From contig CP142727.1 of assembly GCA_036630325.1 (NCBI GenBank), positions 744,001-808,000 of the forward strand: DNA of 64,000 nucleotides, read 5' to 3'. The notes beneath the pieces are model-generated. The model did not search any database, was not told where the DNA came from, and was given only the letters and a program-made list of their open reading frames with translations. This document shows, piece after piece, positions 38,169 through 50,163 of this stretch. The stretch comes from Vairimorpha necatrix (taxonomy: Eukaryota). The position numbers were made by a program, and so were the translations under genes. Position 1 is the first letter of the stretch. Each line of letters begins with the position of its first letter.

Positions 38169-39790
38169 TTAATGTGCAGATGATCTAACTATAAATGGTT
38201 TTGCGCACATGAAATAAATAAGATATAACCGATTAAAATTTTAATTATGTAGGAAACTATGTTTGTTTCCCGTATTTGTAAGATGTAAAATCCATTAATG
38301 ATGATTTTCATTTTTTGCCAGTTACAATCTTTTCAAGGGTTTCTAACGATTTAGTCGTATTGTTATAATCGAACTTTAATGATATTTATTTATTTTATAG
38401 TCACCTATAATATGTCATAGGTAATTTTTTCATTTCTTGTATTTTAGATCTGTTGCTCGTGCATAAATCTCGTAATATGTTTCTTTGACAGAACTTTTAC
38501 AATTATAGATTTGTTTGTTTACTTATGTCTCAGTAATTACAACCTCCTGGATAAGTGTTAGTTCTTTGGATTAGTATTTGTCTTTACATCATGTATATAT
38601 ACAGAGGCAATCGTTTTATAGGTTGACTATTTTTGTCTAATCATAAACCTTATCTGGTTTTAAGCCTTAAAGTTATTAAAGAAGTAATAAGTATGTGTAT
38701 GAATTTGTTTCAAATGTTTATTTTACTCCGGACATCTTTAGCATATAATTTTTGATTGAAGCTATTATTGGTTACTTTCATTCTTCAATTTACTATACAT
38801 ACGCGCACTTAGCTGGCCGAACTATCCTCTAGCTACCTCTACTATGTTCTTGGTTTTAAATCCTCTTTCGCAGTGTCTCGCCGGTGTTCAAAGGAGATGC
38901 GCTCTAGTGTCTTTTTTATAATTCTTATTGGATTTAGGCTTCGGTACTAGCCGATGGGCCAAGTGCATTGATAAGGTGTGTGGTATTCTGTCACAATTCC
39001 GTCACATGTCATGATGTATGGTATTATTTGCATTTGTACGTTGGGCACAGTTCATTTGCTAAGATATCGCCCTTATTGAGTTTTTCCTGTTCTACTTTCG
39101 GTAATTATCCTAAGAGGTTAGACATCTCGAATAATAAGCATTTATTTCTAGATGATGCTAACACAAAGAAATTTCTTTTTCAACCAATGGTTCCATAATT
39201 ATCGTTTTATGCTTGTAGATTTTCTACACTTTTAGTTCTCTTTTTCTGTGTTTAAAATAGTTGTTATATTTGCAGGAAAATGTATTTTCGAATATGATAT
39301 ATTTCTGGGTTTACTTTGCAAGTCAATATATACCAAAATACCATAGATGTTTTATAATTCTAAAGGAAACAATATAAATATTTTACTTATTGAAGAATAT
39401 GATTTTTTTTGATATATAATCTTTATTTTTAAAAACTAATTCTTAGTTAGCAATAAGAGGAATATTGTTACAAAAGTTGTGGCATTATAATTACTACAAA
39501 CAAATAATTTCCCCTCTTTTTGGAAATAGACCATTCGAACGGCCTATTCCAAAAATTAATTATTTATATAAATTTAACCCCCAGCCCACAGAATTCAACA
39601 TGAAGAAAACTATAAAAATGTTTATAAGATATACCCTTGGAATACTAAAACAAGGAATGCAGGAACGCTAGGGATAAATCAATTCCTTTATTGTGCACAA
39701 CGGAGTCAAGTAAAGACTAAAAAACAGTTTCAATTTCATCGTTGAAATCAGCTCAAAAGTAGCATATGTTTTTCGTCAAAATCAATATAA

Positions 39791-40596
39791 ATGGAAAAAA
39801 GGATTCTCGATTTTATTAAAAAAAATAATGAAATCTACAATAGGCACCTTGAAGATTTCGAAATCGACGAAATCTTTAAGACCTATTTGAAAGTGCACAA
39901 GGTTTTCGATGAGGCCCTTCTAATTGAGCACATCGAAAATTTCCAAAATGAAAAAAACTTCAGGAGCCGAACACCCCAAGAGGTGAAAGCGCTAAAAACT
40001 GGAGGCAGCCACGAAGGGCCAGTGTCTGTTCAGAGAGAATCATCCCCAATGATTTCTCTTCTGTAAGCTTCCCTAAGACCAGGGAGACCTTCAAATTTCT
40101 AAATGATGTCTTGATCTCTGACATTCCCTTTGGGCTCCTGACGCCAAGGCAGAAAGACAAGCTCATTGACATCATGGAATGTGTCGATGTAGAAGAAAGG
40201 GAGGTCTTAATTAGGGAAGGCGAAAAGGGCAGTACCATGTATGTGGTAGATGAAGGGATTTTTGATGTTTACATTAAAAATGTAAGAACCAAGTCCCTTG
40301 AAAGAGGAGACAATTTCGGAGAAATTGCTTTATTTCACAATATTGACAGGACTGCCACTGTTATTAGCAGAGTAAAATCAAAAATTTGGGTCATAGAACA
40401 GAAGATGTTTGGAGGCCTGATGGCCTCCGACAGAAATAAGAATAAAGGTATAGTTCTGGACGGGATAACCAAAATGAAGTTATATCCAGATCTAACTGAG
40501 AGAGAACTTATAAGTTTTGTAAATACCTTAACTTTCGATTATCTTAAAATTGGCAGTACTGCTGATATTATCACGACAAACTTTCTCTTTACATAG
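39791..40596 (+). pseudogene. cAMP-dependent protein kinase regulatory subunit-like gene, one frameshift, cNMP domain B truncated
   Basis: Inhibitor site RRASVCSE at 40012, FPKT linker, IREGEKGSTMYVVDEG and phosphate-binding cassette FGEIALFHNIDRTATV. One added base near the A5 run at 39994-39998 would join ORF 39791.. to ORF 40111..40596. Confidence 0.85.
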
Positions 40597-42099
40597 CCAA
40601 ATTTGGCTAAATGAACAAGAAATGTAACAAATAATTTAGAAGAAAAATATTTGTACATGAGATATACCATTAAACTTTCCATATTTTAATAAATTCCTAA
40701 ATAATTATTTGTTGTATATTATTTAAGTCTGTTTGTGTCATCGTAAACTTAAGTATTTCTTAGCTTTCCTTCGCAATTGCCATACCCTTATTTTTAAAAT
40801 TTAAATAAGGCCAAAAAATCTAGAGAATTTATTTTTCTAGAAAAATTAATGATCAGAATAAAATGGGTTTCTCGACATTTGATAGCATCACGGGATAATA
40901 GTAGACAGTGCACTTAAATAAACATATTATTATAATAAAGTTTGTAAAATGTATCTAAAATGTTTAAATGCAATATTGACTGTGGACTGTTGTTTGAACA
41001 ACGGTCTGTGAAGAATTCTTCCTTTGAATTCGTTTATTCAATTTATTAACTCCTTATTAGCATGATTTTCTTTTATGTTTATGGGCAAGAAAATATGATA
41101 CATTTTCTCTTCAAAAAAGATAACTAGAATAAAAGAGAAAAATATCAACGTATTAGTATCCATTAAGTTCCAGGATTATGAGGATTTTTGAAGATCTGTT
41201 CTTTAACATATACATCTTGTATAATTTGCACTTTCCAATTTTTAACTAGTTTCTAAGCCACGCGAAACAAATAATTTTTATGGTTCGATTAATTATTACA
41301 CCTGATGTATTTTCACTAACATAGTTCATTATATTTCTTCGGTTTCAACATCTTTTTTTAATTTTGCACAAAACACTGTTCAACTAAAATAAATAATGTC
41401 TTTATATTAATAATTATATTTTTCTTTGAAAACATTCTTCTGTTCGTAAGTTGTAGTGATACGTCATTAATTAATTGAATGGCAGCCGATATTCATGAGT
41501 ATTTTGTCTTTAATTTTGGCCCAAACATAACAGTATTAAAAACAACAAAGGCCCGAAATGTTTAATTTACCGAATTGAGCTATTAAAATTGCATTTATGA
41601 AGTTATAGTAAAAAGCGAAGTTTAAAGAAAAAGAGTAAAAAGGTATGCAAATTTTTAACGGCTCAGATTTCAAAATTCAACCATAAAAAATTGATTTTGT
41701 TTGGTTATAATTATGAAAAAAAACAGTCAAAAGTACATTAACGTATAACAGAAAATCTGAAAAAATATTTTATAGATTAAAAATGAAAAGAACATAGGCA
41801 TCAAGAATAAACACACTAAAAAAAACTTCCAGAATTTTTAGTAATCGTGTACAAAATAAATCTTTAATGTGATAGATTCATTTTCCAATTTTATACGATT
41901 CTAGACTGTATACTTTTTTACTAAAATCTTATTTCTAAAAACGATATGAAAAAAAACAAAATTAGAATTAAAAAATATTCCAAGAAAAAATTTAACTCAT
42001 AAAACCTTTTAAATTTAAATATAATTATGGTTTTTCATAAATAAAAATATCTTGGTCCTTGATTTATAAAAGGTTTTGTTCTTTTAATATACGAGGAAG

Positions 42100-45000
42100 T
42101 GTTTTATTTATATAAAAACTTTTGTGAGTTGAACTTTAGCTTCGGTAAATATTTGTAACTCATCTTGTCCCAGTATTGCTCATATTATTCAACTCTTCGC
42201 AGACTTTGGCTTCATAAGTATATCTGTTTTTCAACTCAGAATTTTCAGCTTTATTCCCCTTTGCCGACACCAGCTATTTAACGGTCACCGTATTCGCTAG
42301 TATGCTTACAGCTCTAACACTTTTTTTTCTCTTGCATCCTCTTGATCGCATACTCGTCTTTATCATAAAAAATATATGAATTCTATAGTCGTTCCAGCAT
42401 TATATACTGGATGTATGTTTTAAGGTAGGGTTGGATTTTCAGCTTTCTGCTGTACTTTATGCGATATTTGGTCACCACTTCATCTTATGTCTCTACATAA
42501 GAAACTTTTCATGTGCAAAATTTATGTATTAGTCAATTTCATTTGCAAATAAGTCATATTTGCTTAGTTTTTTATTCTCGACAATGTTAAGTCGATTCTT
42601 ATTGGTTATACCAACTAAACCTTTCTTATTTCATTTTTTGTTTTATCAAACGGCATCATATTAGGCCCATTATGGGTCTCTTCTTTATTGATTTTATAGT
42701 ATCTATTTTTATTTCCGCTCGATCATTTTCCTTAATTCCGCAAACCATGTGTCCATGTATTTCCTTGCTAATCTGAATTTCAAATTAAATACATACTATT
42801 AGATATATGCATCTAACTACCTAGTTGTGTCTTTTTACATAATCAAACCAACGTTTAATCACACTTTGTAGCTAAATTCACCACGGTTTTCTTATGAGAT
42901 CCAAAATGAGAATATTGTCCCTATTGTTCATAAATAGTATTTCTATTTTCTTGCAACATCAAATTACTTTGGATCTAGCCTGATTGTTTTCCCTGTCTAA
43001 CTAGGTAGAAGAGTTTTTAATGCTTACTAAATCATTGTACCTAGCTTTAAACAACTTTCCATAGTTTGTCCTTATGTTAATTTTGTTGTAAAGCGCTTCT
43101 TTTTGGGATTTTATTAGCATCTTCTGGGTTATATCTTCTACAAAGCTATACATTATCCTTAGATAACTTTAATTGTATACAAGTGGGTTTAGCTCTCTTC
43201 CTCTACTTGCAGTATCGCTGCCCATCGAATTAAGCTATTTCTAGACCAACTAACGTTTTGAAAATATTCAAAAACATACTTTCGCTTCTATCTTCGATAC
43301 TTATGAGGCCTCTACCCGTTTCGGATTAGGTAGGTATAGTCTTTCCTTGCAGACTGGCTGTAGATGAACCTGGTATTTGATAAGTACCTGTTGGATATCA
43401 AAATCTATACTTTTGAAATCAATTGGTTCTAATCTTAAAAATCACTACATGATATTTTATTAATGATATTGCATGGCTAGAGCTTGAAACATATTCGTAC
43501 CATTTAATTGAGTCTTGCTTAGTTTTTAAACCCTCTGTAGGATCTTATTTCTTACTTTTTCAAAAGTCTCTCTTTTGACAGCACTAGAGGCATACACTGT
43601 TATTCCAAGGTATTTGTATCCTTGATGCCCTTCTAGTACTACTGCATCTTCGCTACAATTAATACAGTTAGTCGCAGACTTACTCCTGTTCATTTCTAAA
43701 CCTACCGCTTAAAAAACCTTTTGTGTTTCCTCATTCATCAGTTTTAAAACGACATCATTCTCTGCGAGGAGCTAAGAATCATCAATAAATAGAAGATGGT
43801 TTGTTTCATAGACACTTTCGTGAATCTGTATTCCTACTTTTGGGTAAGTTGAATTCGGATCCTGCTCAACGGGTCCATACATAGTACAAACAAAAGCCGA
43901 GACAAAGAATTCCCTTGTAATATGCCTCTTTCATTCTTCTTATTCAGTATCGTTTTTGATCCTCATGTTATCTCAACGTGCCGCCTTTTAACGGTGGCTT
44001 CTAGGAATTTACTTATCCATTGAGGGAAATTAAACTTGCTAATACACGTTAATAGATAAGAATAGTCTACAGAGTCGTAGGCTTTTGTTACATATATTTA
44101 CATGGTCTTCAGCTTGTTTTCATGCTCCTCATTGACTGATATATAAATCAATCTTGTTCTTACACTCCTTGGACTTGTCTAACTGTCCCTAGTTGGTTCT
44201 CTGCGAGTAGCCCATACTTTCTAAATTAGCTGCATTGTTTTCGCCGAGCAAAATGTTGTAAGCTTGTAGAGGTTCGACATACTGGTAATAGGCCTGAAGT
44301 CATTATTACTAATGGGGTACCTTTGGGTATAAAATAAGTAATCTCCTTGTAGAACCAAGCTTCAGGTTCTTTACCATCCATGCATACTTCCTTAACAATC
44401 TTGTAAAGGAATGGGCGTAGAGCTTCACATTTCTTATAAAGAAATTGAAGATTTCATCACAGCCTGCAGCCTTCAAATTCTGTATATATTTAATATTATC
44501 TACAAATTTTTGCAAGGTTAGGAAATGATCTGATCTTGGCTATCAAGAATATTTTTTAGAAAATACGCCTTGAGAGTATTGCAGTCTTCGGATTGCTTTT
44601 TCTTATTCCACATGGTAGACCAGAATGAACATATGTCTTCTTTGCTTACATTATGAATAACTTTATTGGCACACTTGAGTTTTCTATTCAAATTGCTTCT
44701 ATTTAGCTCAAAATTCTGAAAAAAGCGCCTATAACTCTGCGTTGGTCTGCGACCTCTAGCTTCCTTGAGTATATGGCTTTCCTCAAGTTGAGTATAGCAT
44801 TAGCTTCAGATGTATCTCGGTGTAAACATGCAAGCATGTTGAGTTTACGCATTACCTTCTTGAATTCACGATTTCCTCATTTGAGAGTTTATCAAAAGCC
44901 CTGGCCTTTTTGATAAGCACTACATTGTCTTCAATCACAGTAATTTTTTTCAAGATACTTTCCTTTTAAGACGAAGGTTTGGGCTTCTTACTGGCCATTT

Positions 45001-45655
45001 CCTAATATCAGATCTGCGCAGCTTGCAGTATCCTTGCCATTTGGTACATTTATGAGGGGAGGAGATCTAACGTGACTATCAACCGCCTTAACTGTGGCAT
45101 CAAGTTTTAACAGTTCAAAATTCAAGGCAGATATTTCCCTCGTTCTTTCTACCTGGTCCACACATGTGTTCTGGATATAACAAAGTTTCTCCAATAATCG
45201 TTTTTGTACTTTTAGGACGAGCTCTGGTTCGAAGAGACTATTCCCTTCTTTCGAGCCAGTTTCGGTCTTTCGTCTTCTGGTTGGATTCTCTAAGAATTCC
45301 TGGGCCTTTATTTGTCTACCGCTATTACTAGTGAGCGCTTTCTTCGCTTTGCCTTCAAATTCTAGTGAACTCATGTTAGACCCAATTTTTTCACAGAAGA
45401 ACTCGGTAGCTTTATTCCACCGTCCTCTTGGCATTCTACCAAATCTATTTAAAATTGATAGAAATACTCTTTGAAGCCCATCTTCTTTATTCGCTTCGGT
45501 ACTCATAAGTACTGCTACAAGAGCCTAAGAAGTGGATTGAGTGGATGCACTAGTGTGTTCTGGCCCCTGTTCTAATTCAACAATGACTATTTCGCTCCTT
45601 GCCGCTTCGGTGTTTGATTTGTTATTTTTTCGGTTTTTTCCTCCTGCTCTGTCAT
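42100..45655 (-). mobile_element. Near full-length decayed REL-type non-LTR retrotransposon (R4/Dong-like)
   Basis: In order on the minus strand: N-terminal ORF 44988..45506, KAAGCDEI, GILQGNSLS.LLFVLCMDPL, NHLLFIDD, YKYLG, CCHC remnant with KRHN, then REL region. One-ORF RT+REL layout; the clade is inferred from motif style. Confidence 0.85.
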
Positions 45656-46308
45656 TACCCTCTTTTTGCTATATAATCAACGCATAAATTTAAAATTAAA
45701 TTTATGCCCCCACTTTTTTAAATATGACGAGAATGAAGACTAGAGAAGAAAAGGAACAGTTAAAAGTGCTGTTTTTGTGTTATAATTCCATCTTGGATAA
45801 TCATGAGATAATTCAGTTATCTTATGATATTTTAAGTAAGGAATGTGATTTTGATCAAAATGATCTGCACAATTTCTTGGAAGCTGCAATAAGTTCATAT
45901 AATGATATTTCATATCATAATGCTACGCATGAGTTCAATGCATTATAAAATGGGAATATCTTTTTTATAGACCAAAAATTGAACGAAAAGTTAGGTTTAT
46001 CTTTTTGATTTGCTGCCTATTGCATGACATAGACCATCCAGGGTTCGATTCCCGTGGGCATAATAAATTTAATTTAGAAAATCTCCACGTGGATTTTAAA
46101 AAGAAATCCATGTATTAATTTTTACTTGGGCATTTGACAGAGGAAAATATGAATTTAATAAGTGAATTAACCTTATCTACAAATTTAATCATATAATGTA
46201 CTGTTTGACGCTTTTAAAAATAAATATATAGGTCGGAATATTAATGGCGTCAAAAAAACTTAATATTATTGATTTCAAAATGTTGATAAAAATAGCAGAC
46301 ATAGGTGC

Positions 46309-49300
46309 TGTCAAATGTTTTATTTGGATTTTCCATCCCCTCTTTCGGAAATGTTTTTAAATACTTTTTGTAGCCAATCAAATCTGTCCATTTGTAAGAA
46401 TATGATTGGTCAGCATTTGATCGGCTACGACACCCCCTCAATCAGTCTTCGACGTGTCCTTCTTAATATGACTTATGTTAACTCTCAATTCGCCTGCTGA
46501 ATTTTTCCTTTTTACCAGAAATGCGTCTGCATTTAAAATTTTGACAATAATATAACCAGGTGACCATTTAGCTTCTAACTTTCCACTTCCTGGGTAATCT
46601 CTGTAAACTAAAACATCTTCTCCTATTTTAAACTTTTGCTTTATATCTTTTTTCCCTTTAACGATGTATTTGCTGTATTTTTTAAAGTTTAAGTCCCTCT
46701 TCCGTAAAAGTTCTTGCTTCGTATAGGTCTTAGGGGTAACTCCTATTCTCTCATCTATGGCTGTTGTTATTTGCTGACCGTATTTTAGAATGTACGGCGA
46801 TGTTCCTATTGATCGGTTAAACGATAGATTTACTGCCAATGTAGCTTCTTTGACAACTTTCCTCCAGCCAATTTCGCCATAGTTTGCTAATTTTCTAATT
46901 TTGTTCGTCAATGTTTGTATGACCCTCTCAACCGCGCCTGTAGTCTGGTGATGGTATGGCGAACAAAATTCCCATGATATATTATACTTTGAACCTAATG
47001 CTTGTACCACGCTGTTGTCAAACTCTAAGCCGTTGTCTGTCAAGATTCTTTCGGGTATCCCATGCTTACTAATGATTAATTCTTCGATCGCCTTATATAT
47101 TTCACAGCTCTTTTTGCTTCGTAAGATCTTGGTTTCTATCCATTTAGAGTAGTGATCGATCGCTACAAATATGTATCCGCTTCCGCTGTTGTCCGAAAGT
47201 TTTCCAAGCAGATCAAATTCCCACAGCTGATTGGGTCTTTCTGAAAGTATTACTTTGTTCTTTGTCTTCACGCGTTGATATCCCGAACGAAGACATGTTT
47301 TGCAATTGCTTACGAATTTCGAAATGTCTTGGTGCATTGTTTTCCACTTATGTGCCTGTGAAATCATAAATTTCATGGTATTTGATGTCCCATGCCCTGA
47401 TATTTTATGGTACTCCTCTAGTATGTCGTTGATGTTATTATTCGATAACTGATGTAAATCAATGTTACATGTTTCACACTCTTGGTGAAATCTACTAAAG
47501 CCATCAGCAATGTTATGCTCTCCTTTTATATACTCCAATTCGAAGTCGTATTCCGCCAATTTGAGTGCCCATCTGAGAATCCTACTAGTTGGATCCTTCA
47601 CTGTCCATAGATAGATTAAGGCTTTGTGGTCTGTTCTGAGCGTAAATTTGCTTCCCAAAAGGTAATGTCTAAAATGTTCTATTCCTTTAACCAAGCCAAG
47701 AAGTTCTTTATCGGTAACTGAATAATTCTTCTGACAATTATCTAGTCTTTTGCTAAAGGCGGCTATCATTTTTTCAGCTCCAGTTTTGTTCTTTTGCAGC
47801 AGCACTGCTCCTATTCCCGTTTCAGATGCGTCAGTAACCAGAATGAATGGAGCTTTAAAATTTGGCTGTGTACGTATTGTATTTTGGCTTAGTACTTTTT
47901 TAACGGTTTTAAACGTATCCAGCTGTTTGTCAGTAAGTTTAATTTTTTTACCAGATGTCTGTTTTTCGCCCTTAAGTACATCATACAAGGGTCCCGTAAT
48001 TTCTGCCATCTTTGTCACAAAATCCCTGCAATAGTTGGCCATTCCTAGAAAACTCCTTAATTCCTTTATGGTGGTAGGAATTGGGTACGCTTGTATATCC
48101 TTAATGCGCGTTTCGTCTACCTTTATGATTCCGTTTCCAATGACGTTCCCCAAGATCTTTATTTCCGATCTAAAGAATTTACACTTTTTCTTATTAAGCG
48201 ATAGATTTGCCGCTCTTATTTTTCCCAATACTATTCTCACATGTTTCTTATGTTCTTCCTTGTTCCTTGAATATATTATAATATCGTCTAAGTATGGGAT
48301 CACAAAATTATGGTTTTCTTTCCTGAATATATTGTCCATTGCCCTTTGAAATGTTGCTGGGGCGTTACATAGTCCGAACGGCATACGATTAAATTCGTAT
48401 AATTTCCCCCTATACGAAAATGCTGTCTTTTCCTTGTCTTCTTCTTGTAAAGGAATTTGATGGAATCCACTAGTCGCGTCCAGTATTGTAAAAATAGTTG
48501 CAGTTGATAGACTGTCAAAAATCTCGTCGATTCTAGATGTCATGTATGCGTCCTTTACTGTTATGCTATTCAGACCTCTATAGTCTACGCACATTCTCCA
48601 TGTTTTGTCAGGCTTCGGTACCATCAGTATTCTGCTACACCAGGGACTTCTGCTTTCCCTTAAAATTCCAAGTTCTAGGAGTTTGTTGATTTCTTCATTT
48701 ACGGCTTCTTCTTGTGATACTGGTATTCTTCCGTTCCTTTGGCAAATTATCTTCGTACTGTTCGTCTGTATACGATGACTACCTGCAGTGCAGAGGTTAT
48801 AGTCGCTTATTTCTGTTTTGAAGACGTCCTCGTACTCTTTCAAAATTTTATTCTCTTCTAAATCACATGCGGAGTTCGACATTTGGTTGATTCTATATTT
48901 TGGTGCATTTAGAATATCTAAAATCAGTTTTTTATTGTCGCATATTACATTTGCTCCTATTATAACATATTTTATGTCTTTGATTATTAAGGGTGAGAAG
49001 ATCACACCTTTTCCATTGATTTCGATTATACAGTCTTTTAAATAGCCTTCTATTTTTAATATTTCATTTCCTATACCTTTTACTACGCCATTATACCTAA
49101 TAATCTTATTACGTTCTTCTTGTGGAATATCATTGTAATTTATGACCGAAACATCGGCCCCAGTGTCTAGTAGTACTTTCGTATTTTTATTAAAGAGACG
49201 GCTTTCCACAAAAAATGGGTTAAAACTATTTTGTATATGATGTAAATAGAATTCAATTTCTTTATTGTCATGATCTTTCTCGTCACTTTCGTATTCTTCA

Positions 49301-50163
49301 ACGGCATTTATATTTTTTCTCTTCAAGTTGTTTCTTTCTCTATTGAGTATTATGGTAAGTGCTTTGCAATCTCTTGTGGAATGGTTACATTCCCCGTGGA
49401 GTGTGCACCGTTTATTAGTATGCCGCGGTAGTTTTTCATGGGTTATGTTTCTTTTAAATCCTTTTTCTTTGTAAAAATTAGTGTGGGGCCCTCTGCCCGC
49501 GTTGTCGTGTAGCTTAGTCCTAGCTAACATCTTATCGGGATATGGAATCCACGATATCTCCTCCGCCTTTTGTATAAATCCTTGCCACGTCTGGACTGTA
49601 GTTGCGGTCTGGTATAACAGAGCTTTTATCTCCATTGGTGATTTATTAATTACCATTTGGCACAAAGCGTCCAAATTTATAAGAGATCTCTCATATATTA
49701 CAGTAGCTTCCTGTAGCATCTGCGAGTAATCTTCTCTCGTTTCCGGGACCATTATTGAGAGGAACCTGCTTAGTGTTATATCGTTGTTCTTATACGATCC
49801 AAATCTTTTCTTTATTAAATGAAGTATTTCCTCTAAGCTGACTGTCTCCATTTTCCCGCCTAATGTCTGGGAAGCCCATGATAATGCTTTCCCCCTGAGC
49901 TTGCTCACCAATGCCGTTTTGAATTGATCATTGGTCCATTTCGAAACTTCCCCTACCAACATTATGTCTCTCAGCCAGACATTTACATCCTCACCTGCTT
50001 CTCCTGTGAAGCATCCGACATTGTTTGTCGTTGTCGCCATGTCAAATGTTTTATTTGGATTTTCCATCCCCTCTTTCGGAAATGTTTTTAAATACTTTTT
50101 GTAGCCAATCAAATCTGTCCATTTGTAAGAATATGATTGGTCAGCATTTGATCGGCTACGACA
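46309..50163 (-). mobile_element. Intact young Ty3/Gypsy LTR retrotransposon (3855 bp)
   Basis: 124-bp LTRs at 46309-46432 and 50040-50163 appear identical (TG...CA). TSD GGTGC, PBS-like TGGCGACAAC, PPT GAGGGGG. Empty site at ~1664. Confidence 0.96.
46438..50067 (-). CDS. Gag-Pol polyprotein (gag, aspartic protease, RT, RNase H, integrase); start at 50067 or 50040
   Basis: Uninterrupted ORF with CxxHxxxxHxxxxC knuckle, LLDTGADVS, RMPFGL, YLDD, TDAS, TDHKAL, H..GH..C..C, LTDNGLEF and ER. Confidence 0.95.
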   Translation of the reverse strand: MENPNKTFDMATTTNNVGCFTGEAGEDVNVWLRDIMLVGEVSKWTNDQFKTALVSKLRGKALSWASQTLGGKMETVSLEEILHLIKKRFGSYKNNDITLSRFLSIMVPETREDYSQMLQEATVIYERSLINLDALCQMVINKSPMEIKALLYQTATTVQTWQGFIQKAEEISWIPYPDKMLARTKLHDNAGRGPHTNFYKEKGFKRNITHEKLPRHTNKRCTLHGECNHSTRDCKALTIILNRERNNLKRKNINAVEEYESDEKDHDNKEIEFYLHHIQNSFNPFFVESRLFNKNTKVLLDTGADVSVINYNDIPQEERNKIIRYNGVVKGIGNEILKIEGYLKDCIIEINGKGVIFSPLIIKDIKYVIIGANVICDNKKLILDILNAPKYRINQMSNSACDLEENKILKEYEDVFKTEISDYNLCTAGSHRIQTNSTKIICQRNGRIPVSQEEAVNEEINKLLELGILRESRSPWCSRILMVPKPDKTWRMCVDYRGLNSITVKDAYMTSRIDEIFDSLSTATIFTILDATSGFHQIPLQEEDKEKTAFSYRGKLYEFNRMPFGLCNAPATFQRAMDNIFRKENHNFVIPYLDDIIIYSRNKEEHKKHVRIVLGKIRAANLSLNKKKCKFFRSEIKILGNVIGNGIIKVDETRIKDIQAYPIPTTIKELRSFLGMANYCRDFVTKMAEITGPLYDVLKGEKQTSGKKIKLTDKQLDTFKTVKKVLSQNTIRTQPNFKAPFILVTDASETGIGAVLLQKNKTGAEKMIAAFSKRLDNCQKNYSVTDKELLGLVKGIEHFRHYLLGSKFTLRTDHKALIYLWTVKDPTSRILRWALKLAEYDFELEYIKGEHNIADGFSRFHQECETCNIDLHQLSNNNINDILEEYHKISGHGTSNTMKFMISQAHKWKTMHQDISKFVSNCKTCLRSGYQRVKTKNKVILSERPNQLWEFDLLGKLSDNSGSGYIFVAIDHYSKWIETKILRSKKSCEIYKAIEELIISKHGIPERILTDNGLEFDNSVVQALGSKYNISWEFCSPYHHQTTGAVERVIQTLTNKIRKLANYGEIGWRKVVKEATLAVNLSFNRSIGTSPYILKYGQQITTAIDERIGVTPKTYTKQELLRKRDLNFKKYSKYIVKGKKDIKQKFKIGEDVLVYRDYPGSGKLEAKWSPGYIIVKILNADAFLVKRKNSAGELRVNISHIKKDTSKTD

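Noticed and set aside
38780-39200. Locally GC-richer stretch with small hairpins
   Set aside because: Single copy in the window with no recognisable RNA or protein motif; not enough for a call.
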